Origin: an uncultured delta proteobacterium | GTDB lineage: Bacteria > Myxococcota_A > UBA9160 > UBA4427 | Direction: 5' to 3' | Length of the DNA stretch: 64,000 bases | NCBI GenBank assembly: GCA_963822965.1 | Contig: CAWGJT010000010.1 | Coordinates: 512,001 to 576,000, forward strand | Part shown: positions 12,056 to 22,283 of the stretch, piece after piece | Numbering within the stretch: the first letter of the stretch is position 1 | How the letters are laid out: the number at the start of each line of letters is the position of its first letter | Notes under the pieces: model-generated | What the model was told of the DNA's origin: nothing | The model's database searches: none | What the model saw: only the letters and a program-made list of their open reading frames with translations | Program-made: the position numbers and the translations under genes

Positions 12056-12982
12056 TCACGGGGGGCCGGCCCCCAGCTGGCGGGACGGTGAGAAGTCGGG
12101 CACCGGCCGTCCCGTGAGCCAGGCCTCGAGGATGGCGTTCACCTGTTCGGGCGCCTCCTGCTGCACCCAGTGGGAGGTGGGCAGGTAGCGGATCGTGAAG
12201 TCCTGCACGAGCGCCTCGGTGCCGTACGTCAGCTCCTTGCCCAGGGCGATGTCGTTCTCGCCCCAGATCATCAGGGTGGGGGTGTCCAGGACGCCCTGGC
12301 CCTCGTATCGCTCCACGAGCCGGCGGGCGCGGACGGCGGCCCGGTACCAGTTCACCATGGCCGTGAGCGCGCCGGGCTGCAGCGCGTTCTCGCGGTAGAT
12401 CTCGATCACGTCGGCGGGAAACGCCTTCGGATCGCCCCCGGCCTTGAGGAAGGCGTCGGCGATGAGCTGCGCGCGCCGGCGCCCGAGCAGCCACTCCGGG
12501 AGCTTCGGGATCTGGAACAGGAGCACGTACCAGCTCCGCATGCGCTGGCGCCAGCTGGAGCGGAGCGCCTCCCGGAAGCGACGCGGATGCGGGAGGTTCA
12601 TCACCACCAGCCGCTCGATGGGGCGCACGTGGGAGAGCGCCGCCGCCCAGGCGACGGCTCCGCCCCAATCGTGACCGATCAGGGTCACGTGCCGGGAGCC
12701 CGAGGCGTCGATCAGCGCTCCCACGTCGCCCACGAGCTTGTCCAGGGTGTAGTCCTGGACGCGCGGCGGGCGCACCGTGCGGCCGTAGCCCCGCTGGTTC
12801 GGCGCCCACACGCGGTAGCCCAGGCGGGCCAGCAGCGGAATCTGGTGGCGCCAGGAGATGGCGTGCTCGGGAAAGCCGTGCAGCAGCAGGGCCAGGCGAT
12901 CGCTCGCGTCGTCGCCCGAGCTGTGGATCTCGAACCGGATGCCGCCGGCATCGACGAACTCGGTCCGGATCTTGTAGTCCAT
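12056..12982 (-). CDS. Alpha/beta hydrolase (epoxide hydrolase-like)
   Basis: LLHGFPE, APNQRGYG, GHDWGG nucleophile motif, NWYRA, IWGENDIAL, SHWVQQE. Confidence 0.88.
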   Translation of the reverse strand: MDYKIRTEFVDAGGIRFEIHSSGDDASDRLALLLHGFPEHAISWRHQIPLLARLGYRVWAPNQRGYGRTVRPPRVQDYTLDKLVGDVGALIDASGSRHVTLIGHDWGGAVAWAAALSHVRPIERLVVMNLPHPRRFREALRSSWRQRMRSWYVLLFQIPKLPEWLLGRRRAQLIADAFLKAGGDPKAFPADVIEIYRENALQPGALTAMVNWYRAAVRARRLVERYEGQGVLDTPTLMIWGENDIALGKELTYGTEALVQDFTIRYLPTSHWVQQEAPEQVNAILEAWLTGRPVPDFSPSRQLGAGPP

Positions 12983-13092
12983 GCCGACAGGCTAGCCCCG
13001 ATCCGTGATGCGGATCAGGGCGCAGCTCCCGATTGCGCCCGAATCACCGTGATTTTCCGGGCATTGGAGCCGGCCGACCGGGGCGGACCGGC

Positions 13093-13121
13093 TTGCGCGG
13101 CGAACGACGCGCCCGTAGACT
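13093..13121 (+). promoter_or_regulatory. Putative sigma70 promoter for the leader-argD transcript
   Basis: TTGCGC-N17-TAGACT; the leader ATG follows 9 nt after the -10 element. Confidence 0.65.
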
Positions 13122-13130
13122 GCGCGCCCG

Positions 13131-13241
13131 ATGGGAGCTCCGATCCACATCCGACCCCTGGACCGATCCGTAGACCGGACGGTAGACGGGAGCCGTCGCC
13201 GTCGTGCCTTCGCACGCGGGCGGCCTGCCCATTTCCGATAG
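13131..13241 (+). CDS. Putative Arg-rich attenuator leader peptide, 36 aa
   Basis: MGAPIHIRPLDRSVDRTVDGSRRRRAFARGRPAHFR*; 10 Arg codons, six of them CGT or CGA; lies between the promoter and the terminator upstream of argD. Confidence 0.7.
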   Translation: MGAPIHIRPLDRSVDRTVDGSRRRRAFARGRPAHFR

Positions 13242-13278
13242 CTGACGAATCAGCTGACGAATCCACAGGATTCCCTCG

Positions 13279-13304
13279 AGGCCGCCCCGCAAGGCGGCCT
13301 TTTT
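13279..13304 (+). terminator. Intrinsic terminator (attenuator) in the argD 5' leader
   Basis: AGGCCGCC-CCGCAA-GGCGGCCT followed by TTTT, about 85 nt upstream of the argD start. Confidence 0.85.
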
Positions 13305-13388
13305 CGTGCCCCATGCCGTGTGCCGGGGTCCGGCGGCCGCCTCTCCCGAACGGAGCGGAATGGCCCCGAGACCCCCAGGAGACACGAC

Positions 13389-14636
13389 ATGAAGGAGCTG
13401 CAGCCCGGCCCGAGCACCGACCTCCGGAGCTCGCTCATGACCCTCAACGACAGGCCCGAGCCGGTGATGATCCGCGGCGAGGGCTCGTACCTGTGGGACG
13501 ATCGGGGTACCCGCTACCTCGACTTCGTGCAGGGCTGGGCGGTGAACGCCCTCGGTCACGCGCCCGCGGCAATTCGCGACGCCCTGGCGCGCCAGGCGGG
13601 TCTGCTGCTCACGCCGAGCCCCGCCTTCCACAACGCGCCCCAGCTCGCCCTGGCGCGGGCGCTCACGGACCGCTGCTCGCTCGACCGGGTGTTCTTCTGC
13701 AGCACCGGGGCGGAAGCCAACGAGGGCGCCATCAAGCTGGCCCGCAAGTGGGGGCGGCGGCATCGCGGCGGCGCCTTCGAGATCGTGACCACCCACGGCG
13801 CCTTCCACGGGCGCACCCTGGCCACGATGGCGGCCAGCGGCAAGCCGGGCTGGGACGACCTGTTCCCGCCGGCGATGCCGGGCTTCCGCAAGGTGCCCTT
13901 CGGCGACGTGGGCGCCGTGGCGGACGCCCTCTCCGACGCCACGGTCGCCGTGATGGTGGAGCCCATCCAGGGGGAGGCCGGCGTGGTGGTGCCGCCGGCC
14001 GGCTACCTGCGCGACCTGCGGGCGCTCACCCGGCGCCGCGGCGTGCTGCTCATGGTCGACGAGGTGCAGACGGGCATGGCCCGCACGGGTCCGCTCTTCG
14101 CCCACCAGGCGGAGGCGATCGAGCCCGACGTCATGACCCTCGGCAAGGGGCTGGGCGGTGGGGTTCCGCTGGCGGCGCTCCTCGCCCGGGAATCCGTCTG
14201 CTGCTTCGAGCCGGGAGACCAGGGGGGCACCTACAACGGGAACCCGTTGATGACCGCCGTCGGGCTCGCGGTGCTCGACGCCCTGGCGGAGCCGGGGTTC
14301 GCCCGGTCCCGCGAGCAGATCGCCGCAGAGCTGCACTCGGGGCTCGAGGCGCTGGCGCGGCGCCACGGCTGTCTGGGCGTGCGGGGGCGGGGATTCCTGC
14401 TGGCCCTGCGCCTGCCGGCACCGGTTTCCGGCGCGCTGGTCCAGGCCTGCTTCACGCGTGGCCTGCTCGTCAACGGCCCGCGCCCGGAGCTCCTGCGGCT
14501 GATGCCTTCGCTGGCGGTCGCTCGCGACGAAGTGGCGCAGATGCTGGCGATCCTGTCGGAGGCCCTCGACGAGGTGCTCGGGGCACGCGCACGAGGCGCG
14601 CGGACCGTGTGCGGCGCGGGGCCGTCCGATGGATAA
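13389..14636 (+). CDS. argD: Acetylornithine aminotransferase (class III PLP enzyme)
   Basis: YLDFVQGWAVNALGH, GAEANEGAIKLARK, FHGRTLAT, EPIQGEAGV, DEVQTG, TLGKGLGGG, GGTYNGNPL; AGGAG RBS. Confidence 0.88.
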   Translation: MKELQPGPSTDLRSSLMTLNDRPEPVMIRGEGSYLWDDRGTRYLDFVQGWAVNALGHAPAAIRDALARQAGLLLTPSPAFHNAPQLALARALTDRCSLDRVFFCSTGAEANEGAIKLARKWGRRHRGGAFEIVTTHGAFHGRTLATMAASGKPGWDDLFPPAMPGFRKVPFGDVGAVADALSDATVAVMVEPIQGEAGVVVPPAGYLRDLRALTRRRGVLLMVDEVQTGMARTGPLFAHQAEAIEPDVMTLGKGLGGGVPLAALLARESVCCFEPGDQGGTYNGNPLMTAVGLAVLDALAEPGFARSREQIAAELHSGLEALARRHGCLGVRGRGFLLALRLPAPVSGALVQACFTRGLLVNGPRPELLRLMPSLAVARDEVAQMLAILSEALDEVLGARARGARTVCGAGPSDG

Positions 14637-14644
14637 TCCCGGCG

Positions 14645-16168
14645 ATGTGCGCGGCACGCGACGCCACCACCCTGGGAATCGATCTCGGAACCTCGGGTTT
14701 GAAGGTGCTGCTGGTGGGCCTGGCCGGCGAGGTCGTCGACCAGGAGACCGTCGCGCTCGAGGTGAGCCGCCCGCGGCCGCTGTGGTCGGAGCAGGATCCC
14801 GAGCAGTGGTGGCAGGCGACGTGTCGCGCGGTGGCGGCCCTGCGGCGCCGAAGCGCCGGTGCGCTGGCCGCCGTGCAGGGCATCGGCCTGTCCGGGCAGA
14901 TGCACGGAGCCACGCTTCTCGACGCCTCGGACCGCGTGCTGCGGCCGGCCATCCTGTGGAACGACGGACGGAGCGGGGCGGCCTGCGCGGAGCTGGTGCG
15001 GCGGGTGCCGGCGGTGCAGGAGATCACGGGCAACCTGGTGATGCCGGGGTTCACGGCGCCCAAGCTCCTGTGGCTGGCCGAGCACGAGCCGGACGTGGCG
15101 GCGAAGGTGCGACGCGTGCTGCTGCCCAAGGACTACCTGCGCCTGCGCCTCTCGGGAGAGCACGCATCGGAGCCGTCGGACGCGTCGGGGACCGGCTGGC
15201 TCGACGTGGCGCGGCGCGTCTGGTCGGCCGATCTGGTCGAGGCCTGCGGGCTCTCCCTCACGGACATGCCGCGGCTCGTCGAGGGAAGCCAGCCTTCGGG
15301 GGTCGTGCTGCCCGAGGTGGCGCGTCTCTTCGGCATCCGGCCGGGCGTGGTCGTCGCCGGCGGCGCCGGGGACCAGGCTGCCGGCGCGGTGGGGGCCGGC
15401 GTGGTGCGACCGGGCCAGGCCCTGCTGTCCCTGGGCACCTCGGGCGTCTACTTCGTCGCGAGCGACCGCTTCGCGCCGAGCCCCGAACGTGCCGTCCACG
15501 CGTTCTGTCACTGCCTTCCCGGACGCTGGCACCAGATGTCCGTGATCCTGAGCGCGGCCAGCTGCCTGTCGTGGGTGGCCACGTTGGTGGGCGCACCCGA
15601 CGTGACCACCGCCCTCGCCCGGGCCGAGGCCGTCGGGCTCGACGACCTCGACGAGCGGGCGCCCCTGTTCCTGCCGTACCTGTCGGGCGAGCGCACGCCG
15701 CACAACGACCCCCACGCCCGGGGCGTGTTCTTCGGGCTCGGGCACGAGACGGGCCCCGGGGAGCTGGTGCGGGCGGTGCTGGAGGGCGTCGCCTTCGCGC
15801 TGGCCGAAGGGCAGGACGCCGTCCTGGCCACCGGCACCCCGGTGGATCGACTGGCGGTGATCGGGGGCGGCGCCCGCAGCGATCTGTGGGCGCGCGTGCT
15901 GGCGGCGGCGCTCGACCGGCCCCTGCATCGCCTGGCCTCGGCGGAGACGGGGCCGGCCCTGGGCGCCGCACGGCTCGCCCGTCTGGCGGTCACCGGAGAG
16001 GCTCCCGACACGGTCTGCAGCGAGCCCGCCGTCGACCGCGTGATCCCGGTGGACGCCCGCCTGCGCGAAGCGCTCGCGGGGCGCCGCGCCCGCTTCGCGC
16101 GTCTGTACCCGGTCCTGCGTGACCACTTCCCGTCCGCCGCTGCAGCGGACAACGGAGATCGTCCGTGA
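14645..16168 (+). CDS. xylB: Xylulokinase
   Basis: [59 protein letters not shown]. Confidence 0.93.
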   Translation: MCAARDATTLGIDLGTSGLKVLLVGLAGEVVDQETVALEVSRPRPLWSEQDPEQWWQATCRAVAALRRRSAGALAAVQGIGLSGQMHGATLLDASDRVLRPAILWNDGRSGAACAELVRRVPAVQEITGNLVMPGFTAPKLLWLAEHEPDVAAKVRRVLLPKDYLRLRLSGEHASEPSDASGTGWLDVARRVWSADLVEACGLSLTDMPRLVEGSQPSGVVLPEVARLFGIRPGVVVAGGAGDQAAGAVGAGVVRPGQALLSLGTSGVYFVASDRFAPSPERAVHAFCHCLPGRWHQMSVILSAASCLSWVATLVGAPDVTTALARAEAVGLDDLDERAPLFLPYLSGERTPHNDPHARGVFFGLGHETGPGELVRAVLEGVAFALAEGQDAVLATGTPVDRLAVIGGGARSDLWARVLAAALDRPLHRLASAETGPALGAARLARLAVTGEAPDTVCSEPAVDRVIPVDARLREALAGRRARFARLYPVLRDHFPSAAAADNGDRP

Positions 16169-17526
16169 AGACTCCCTCCCTTCCCAAGCGCGACCTGCCC
16201 GAGCCGGTGTTCTCCGACCCCTTCTTTCCCGATCTCGATCGCGTTCCCTTCGGCGGGCCGGACGCCGACGACCCGCTCGCGTACCGCTTCTACGAGCCCG
16301 ATCGGCTGGTGCTCGGACGTCCCATGCGCGAGCACCTGCGCTTTGCGGTCTGCTACTGGCACACGTTCTGCTGGCCGGGCGACGACGTCTTCGGGCAGCC
16401 CGCGTTCCAGCGCCCCTGGCTCAGCGGGGGCACGCCGTTGCAGCAGGCCGAGCGCAAGCTCGACGTGGCCTTCGAGCTGTTCTCGAAGCTCGGCGCCCCC
16501 TTCTTCACGTTTCACGACCGGGACCTCGCACCCGAGGGCGAGAGCCTGGCCGAGAGCCGGCACCACCTGGCGCACATGCTCGATCGCGCCGAAGCGGCCA
16601 TGGAGCGAACCGGCGTGCGGCTGCTGTGGAGCACCGCGAACCTCTTCGGGCATCCCCGCTACGCCGCGGGGGCGGCCAGCAACCCCGACCCCGAGGTGTT
16701 CGCCTGCGCGGCGGTGCAGGTGCGCGACGCCCTCGAGGCGGCGCATCGCCTCGGCGGCGCCAACTACGTGCTGTGGGGCGGTCGCGAGGGCTACGACACG
16801 CTCCTGAATACCGACCTGCGTCGGGAGAACGCCCAGCTGGGGCGCTTCCTGCACCTGGTCGTCGAGCACAAGCACCGCATCGGCTTCGAGGGCACGATCC
16901 TGATCGAGCCCAAGCCCATGGAGCCCACGAAGCACCAGTACGACTCCGACGCGGCGGCCGTGCACGCCTTCCTGCTCGCGCACGGTCTCGAGAAGGAGAT
17001 CCGGCTGAACATCGAGGTGAACCACGCGACGCTCGCGGGTCACAGCTTCCAGCACGAGCTCGCCTACGCGGCGGCGCACGACCTGCTGGGCAGCATCGAC
17101 ATCAACCGCGGCGATCCCCAGCTCGGCTGGGACACGGACCAGTTCCCGAACAGCGTCGAGGAGGCGACCCTCGGTCTCTACACGCTGCTGCAGGCGGGGG
17201 GCCTCACGACGGGCGGCTTCAACTTCGACGCCAAGCTGCGACGCCAGTCGGTCGATCCGGTGGACCTCTTCCACGCCCACGTCGGCGGCGTCGACACCCT
17301 GGCCCGGGGGCTGCTCGCCGCCGCGGCAATGATCGAGGACGGCGTGCTCGCCCGTCGGGTCGAGGACCGCTACGCGGGCTGGTCGGGCGATCTCGGGGCG
17401 TCGATCCTCGCGGGCGGGCTCGACCTGGACTCCCTGGCCGAGCTGGCCCTGGAACGGGGCCTCGACCCGCGGCCGGTTTCGGGGCGCCAGGAAGCGCTCG
17501 AGAACCTCGTGAACCGGTACCGGTAG
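16165..17526 (+). CDS. xylA: Xylose isomerase (class II)
   Basis: [69 protein letters not shown]. Confidence 0.96.
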   Translation: MKTPSLPKRDLPEPVFSDPFFPDLDRVPFGGPDADDPLAYRFYEPDRLVLGRPMREHLRFAVCYWHTFCWPGDDVFGQPAFQRPWLSGGTPLQQAERKLDVAFELFSKLGAPFFTFHDRDLAPEGESLAESRHHLAHMLDRAEAAMERTGVRLLWSTANLFGHPRYAAGAASNPDPEVFACAAVQVRDALEAAHRLGGANYVLWGGREGYDTLLNTDLRRENAQLGRFLHLVVEHKHRIGFEGTILIEPKPMEPTKHQYDSDAAAVHAFLLAHGLEKEIRLNIEVNHATLAGHSFQHELAYAAAHDLLGSIDINRGDPQLGWDTDQFPNSVEEATLGLYTLLQAGGLTTGGFNFDAKLRRQSVDPVDLFHAHVGGVDTLARGLLAAAAMIEDGVLARRVEDRYAGWSGDLGASILAGGLDLDSLAELALERGLDPRPVSGRQEALENLVNRYR

Positions 17527-17533
17527 CGCGACG

Positions 17534-18664
17534 ATGTCGGTTCGGGCGGCCGGGTTCGGGCGCATGCCGGACGGCGAGCGCGTCGACCGCTTCGTGTTGG
17601 AGCGCGACGGCGTCGAGGTCTCGCTGCTGGGCTACGGGGCGAGCCTGCAGGCCGTGCGAGCGCCGGACCGGGCAGGGCGCCCGGGGCACGTGGTGCTGGG
17701 CTTCGACCACCTGGACGCCTACCGCGCCGACCCGTTCCACTTCGGCGCCGTCGTGGGCCGCTTCGCGAACCGCATCGCCGGGGCCCGCTTCGTTCTCGAC
17801 GGGCGGCCCGTGCGCCTCACCGCGAACCTGGGCGAGCACCACCTGCACGGGGGGGCGCGGGGGCTCGGCCGGCGCGTGTGGCGGGGCGAGCCGTTCGAGG
17901 AGCCGGACGCCGCGGGCGTTCGCTTCGACACCGTGAGCGAGGACGGGGACGAGGGCTATCCGGGCCGACTGCACGCCAGCGCGAGCTATCGGCTGCGCGA
18001 CCGCGGCGAGCTCGTGCTCGAGCTGCGCGCGCGAACGGACCGCCCGACGATCGTGAACCTGTCCCATCACGCGTACTTCCACCTCGGCGACGGCGGCGCC
18101 ACGACGGTGTTCGATCACCGCGTCGAGGTGGAGTCCGATCGCGCGTTGGAGGTGGACGCCGACGGTCTGCCGAGCGGTCGGCTCGTCCCGCTGGCCGGCT
18201 CGCCCCTCGACCTGCGACCGTCGGACCGGGGCGAGATGGTGCGCCTGGGCGATCGCATCCCGGCGCTCGAGTCCGCCCGCGGCGGCTTCGACCATTGCTA
18301 TGTGCTGCGCGGTGGCGCGCGACCGGACCGACCCCGGCCCGTCGCCCGCGTGCTCCACCCCGGCAGCGGCCGGCTGCTCGTGGTGGAGACCGACCAGCCC
18401 GGCCTCCAGCTGTACACGGGAAACTTCCTGGACGGCCGGCTCGCGGGGCACGACGGCATCGCCTACGGTCGCTGGCACGCGCTGTGCCTCGAGCCCCAGG
18501 GATTCCCCGACGCCCCGAACCGGCCGCGGTTTCCGTCCACGCGGCTCGAGCCCGGCGAAGCGTATCGCCACACGTCGATCTTCCGCTTCGGCCTCGACGA
18601 GGCCGGCGTCGAAAGGCGGGTGCTCCCGGCCGACGGCCCCACGGACGAGAAGGACCTGCGATGA
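17534..18664 (+). CDS. galM: Aldose 1-epimerase (mutarotase)
   Basis: GAVVGRFANRI, HLHGG, GYPG, NLSHHAYF, FDHCY, QLYTGNFL, CLEPQ.FPDAPN. Confidence 0.9.
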   Translation: MSVRAAGFGRMPDGERVDRFVLERDGVEVSLLGYGASLQAVRAPDRAGRPGHVVLGFDHLDAYRADPFHFGAVVGRFANRIAGARFVLDGRPVRLTANLGEHHLHGGARGLGRRVWRGEPFEEPDAAGVRFDTVSEDGDEGYPGRLHASASYRLRDRGELVLELRARTDRPTIVNLSHHAYFHLGDGGATTVFDHRVEVESDRALEVDADGLPSGRLVPLAGSPLDLRPSDRGEMVRLGDRIPALESARGGFDHCYVLRGGARPDRPRPVARVLHPGSGRLLVVETDQPGLQLYTGNFLDGRLAGHDGIAYGRWHALCLEPQGFPDAPNRPRFPSTRLEPGEAYRHTSIFRFGLDEAGVERRVLPADGPTDEKDLR

Positions 18665-19878
18665 GGAAGCCGCTCGAGGGAACCATCGTCGTCGAGATCG
18701 CGAGCTTCGTGGCCGCGCCCGCCGCGGGCGCGCTGCTCGCCGATCTGGGCGCGGAGGTGCTGAAGGTCGAGGTGCCGCGCGGGGAGATCTACCGCTACTC
18801 GACGCCGCGCACCGCGGGGTTCAAGAGCGAGTTTCCCGAGGCACCGCACTTCCAGATGGACAACCGCGGCAAGCGGTCCCTCGCCCTCGACGTCACCCGG
18901 GAGCCCGCGCGCGCGGCGCTGCTGCGGGTGATCGAGCGGGCGGACGTGGTCCTCACGAACATGCTTCCGCACCGGCAGCAGCGGTACGGGATCGACGCCG
19001 ACAGCCTGCGCGCGAAGCGGCCGGCCCTGATCCACGCGAGCCTCTCCGGCTACGGCCCGGAAGGTCCCGCCGCCGGCGAGCCGGCCTTCGACTACACGGC
19101 GTACTGGGCGCGGCCGGGCTTCATGAACACCATGCGGGACGAGGGCGTGCCGCCGTCCTTCCTGCGGCCCGGCGTCGGCGACCACGCGGCGGCCCTGGCG
19201 CTGGTGGCCGGGATCCTCGCCGCGATGCGCGTGCGGGACCGCACCGGGGAGGGCCAGGCCGTCGACGTCAACCTGCTGCACATGGGCTTCTACATCCAGG
19301 GCAACGACGCCGCCCACACCCTCGCCACCGGCCAGTCGCCGCCCAACCACGACCGCACCCGCCCCCGGAACCCGCTCTGGAACCACTACGAGACGAAGGA
19401 CGGGCGTTGGCTCTTCCTGGTGATGATCGAGTCGGACCGCTACTGGCCCGAGGTGTGCCGCGCGCTCGACCTCGAGGAGCTGGCCGCGGAAGAGCGGTTC
19501 GCCGGCGCGGTCGGGCGCTACCGCAACTCCGAGGAGCTGACCGCCCGTCTCGCCGCGCGCGTCGCCGGCCGCAGCCTCGACGAATGGCGGGAGCGTCTGG
19601 CGGGGTTCCGGATCATCTGGTCGCCGGTGCAGACCCTGGCCGAGGCGATCGAAGATCCCCAGGCCGAGGCGGCGGGGGTCTTCCAGACCGTCGAGCACCC
19701 GGTGGCGGGCGCGTTCCGCTCCGTCGCGCCGCCGCTGCGGCTCTCGGGCTCCGACCTGCGCAGCTCCCGTCCGGCCCCGGCGCTCGGGGCGGACTCCCGC
19801 AGCATCCTGGCCGAGGTGGGGCTCTCCCCGGAAGAGATCGAGGGCGCCCTCGCGAGCGGGGAGACGCCCGACGCGTGA
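18661..19878 (+). CDS. CaiB/BaiF family III CoA-transferase
   Basis: AAGALLADLGAEVLKVE, NRGKRSLALD, SGYG..GP, AFD, APALGAD; ATGA overlap with galM. Confidence 0.88.
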   Translation: MRKPLEGTIVVEIASFVAAPAAGALLADLGAEVLKVEVPRGEIYRYSTPRTAGFKSEFPEAPHFQMDNRGKRSLALDVTREPARAALLRVIERADVVLTNMLPHRQQRYGIDADSLRAKRPALIHASLSGYGPEGPAAGEPAFDYTAYWARPGFMNTMRDEGVPPSFLRPGVGDHAAALALVAGILAAMRVRDRTGEGQAVDVNLLHMGFYIQGNDAAHTLATGQSPPNHDRTRPRNPLWNHYETKDGRWLFLVMIESDRYWPEVCRALDLEELAAEERFAGAVGRYRNSEELTARLAARVAGRSLDEWRERLAGFRIIWSPVQTLAEAIEDPQAEAAGVFQTVEHPVAGAFRSVAPPLRLSGSDLRSSRPAPALGADSRSILAEVGLSPEEIEGALASGETPDA

Positions 19879-19917
19879 GCGTCCATCGCCCCGGGCCGGA
19901 CCCGGTGCGCGTTCGCC

Positions 19918-21018
19918 TCACACCGAGAGGACGGTGCGGATGCCGCGGCCGGCGGTGAGGTCGTCGAGCGCCTCGTTGATCTCCTCGAGCGGGCGTCGCC
20001 GGCTGATGAGCGACTCGAGGTCGAGCCGACCGGTCTGCCACAGGGCGACGAGCCGCGGGATCTCGAGCAGCGAGTTGGAGCTGCCCAGCAGGCAGCCCAT
20101 GATCTTCTTCTCCGAGCAGGCGAAGAGCACCGCCGGGGCCAGGGTGATGGCCTGGTCGAGGGGCGGCGCGCCCACGCACACGGTCGTTCCGCCGGCCCGC
20201 GTCGCGGTGACGCCCACGTTCACCAGGGCGGCCGCGCCGGCGCACTCGAACGCGTAGTCCACGCCGATGCCGCCGGTCAGGTCGCGGGCGGCGGTGGCGA
20301 CGTCGTCCTGGCCGGGGTCGAGCAGGTCGGTGGCGCCCAGGTGCAGGGCGGCGGCGCGGCGCTCCAGCAGGGGATCCGAGACGATGATGCGCGAGGCGCC
20401 GGCGAGGCGTGCGCCCTGGACGGCGGACATGCCGATGCCGCCGAGCCCCATCACCAGCACGGTCGCCCCCGCCTCCACCTTCGCGGTGTTGAGGACGGCG
20501 CCCACGCCCGTCTGGACCGCGCACCCGATCACGCAGGCCACCTCCAGCGGCACGTCGCTGGGGATCTTCACGGCACCCGTCTCGGGGGTGATCACGTACT
20601 CGGCGAACGCCGCCACCCCGAGACCGCGCTTCACCGGCTCGCCCTTGCGGGACAGGGGCGTCGAGCCGTCGGGGAGGCTGTTGGCGAAGAGCGCCGCCGT
20701 GTTCACGCAGGTCCCCGGCTCCCCCCGGACGCAGCCGTAGCAGCGACCGCAGGGAGGGCAGGGCGTGAGCACCACCGCGTCGCCCGGCGCCAGCATCGTC
20801 ACCCCGGGACCCACCTCCTCGACGGTCCCCGTGGCCTCGTGGCCGAGCACGATGGGCGGCTCGGCGGGGAAGCTGCCGTTCGCGATGCTGAGGTCCGAAT
20901 GACAGACGCCGCAGTGGGAGACGGCGACCCGCACCTGCCCGGGCCCCGGGCTGGCGATGTCGACGTCGTCGGTGACGATCAGGGGACGGCCCGGGGCTTC
21001 GAGAACGGCAGCGCGCAT
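19918..21018 (-). CDS. Zn-dependent alcohol dehydrogenase (class III-like)
   Basis: GVCHSD, GHE, CGRCYGC...C, GCAVQTG, GLGGIG. Confidence 0.9.
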   Translation of the reverse strand: MRAAVLEAPGRPLIVTDDVDIASPGPGQVRVAVSHCGVCHSDLSIANGSFPAEPPIVLGHEATGTVEEVGPGVTMLAPGDAVVLTPCPPCGRCYGCVRGEPGTCVNTAALFANSLPDGSTPLSRKGEPVKRGLGVAAFAEYVITPETGAVKIPSDVPLEVACVIGCAVQTGVGAVLNTAKVEAGATVLVMGLGGIGMSAVQGARLAGASRIIVSDPLLERRAAALHLGATDLLDPGQDDVATAARDLTGGIGVDYAFECAGAAALVNVGVTATRAGGTTVCVGAPPLDQAITLAPAVLFACSEKKIMGCLLGSSNSLLEIPRLVALWQTGRLDLESLISRRRPLEEINEALDDLTAGRGIRTVLSV

Positions 21019-21169
21019 GGGGACTCCTTGGGGTGCGTGTTGGGGGGCCGTCGGGTGCGTCTTCGGTTCGTGTTCGCCGGCATGGCCGCGAAGCGCTGCT
21101 TCGCGGAGCGGGGTAGTCTAGCCTCGATGCTCCCTTCCGGGAGCGGGCGACGAGGGAGGGACGATCGCG

Positions 21170-22268
21170 ATGGAGGAATCGAAGCAGACGCGCGCGGCGG
21201 AGAAGCTCGACGGCGGACAAGGTCCGCGAGATGGCCCGGACGGTGTTCGGCGCGTTCAGCGGCGCCGTGACCTCCGCGATGATCCACCTGGGCGACCGGC
21301 TCGGCCTGTATCAGGTGCTGGCCGAGGTCGAGGACGTGGACAGCCACGAGCTCGCCGAGCGCACCGGGCTCTCCGAGCGCTGGCTGCGGGAGTGGCTGCA
21401 CCAGCAGGGGGCGGCGCGGATCCTCGAGTATCGCGGCGCCGGGCGCTTCCGCCTCTCGCCGGAGGGCGCGGCGGTGCTCGCCGAGGAGGAGCATCCCGCC
21501 TTCGGTGCCGGCTTCTTCGCGCACTTTCCCCAGACGATGCAGCTGGCCGAGCACCTGCCCCGGGCCTTCGAGACGGGCCTGGGTCTGCCCTACGACGCCC
21601 TGGGCTCCGAGGGCGCGGTGGGCATCGAGCGCGGCTTCGCGCCGTGGTTCCGCAGCCTGCTGGTCCCGATGGCCCTGCCGCGGGTGGAGGGCCTGGTGGA
21701 GCGCCTCGAGGCGGGGGCCGTCGCCGCCGACGTGGGCTGCGGCTCGGGGGTCGCGATGATCGAGATGGCGCGGGCCTTCCCCCGCTCGCGCTTCCACGGC
21801 TACGAGCTCTCGCGTCACGCCATCGAGCGCGGCCAGGCCAACGCCGCCGAGGCGGGCGCGGACAACGTCACCTTCCACCACGTGCAGGAGGAGCCGCTGC
21901 CCGGGGACGCGCGCTTCGATTTCGTCACCACCTTCGACTGCCTGCACGACATGACGGATCCCGCCGGCGTGATGGCCGCCATCCGGCGCGCCATCCGCCC
22001 GGACGGCATCTGGCTCATCGCCGACATCAAGGCCCACGGCAGCTACGAGGAGAACGTGGCGGAGAACCCGATGGCGGCCATGATGTACGGCACCTCGGTG
22101 ATGACGTGCATGTCGTCGGCGCTGTCGGAGCCCGGAGGCGCCGGGCTGGGAACCCTGGGCCTGCATCCGGGTCTGATGCGCGAGATGGTGGAGCAGGCGG
22201 GCTTCCGGGAGCTCGAGGAGCTCGACCTCGGCCACCCGGTGAACGCATTCTACGTGGCGCGGCCCTGA
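21170..22268 (+). CDS. Class I SAM-dependent methyltransferase with N-terminal winged helix (probable frameshift near 21215)
   Basis: LGDRLGLY, ERWLREWL, DVGCGSG, TFDCLHDMTDP, GLGTLG, PVNAFY. Confidence 0.85.
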
Positions 22269-22283
22269 ACGAGGCGCGGAGCC

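Noticed and set aside
13131..13241. Leader as a SpeFL-type ornithine-sensing arrest peptide
   Set aside because: It has HIRP rather than the HIRRxxH motif, and it is followed by an intrinsic terminator/antiterminator set typical of codon-starvation attenuation. An arrest mechanism is not strictly excluded.
12170..16168. Apparent giant fusion ORFs (1332 aa ending in XylB; 1346 aa at 1153..5193; 640 aa ending in ApbE)
   Set aside because: The upstream parts are stop-free shadow frames; the real genes have their own internal starts.
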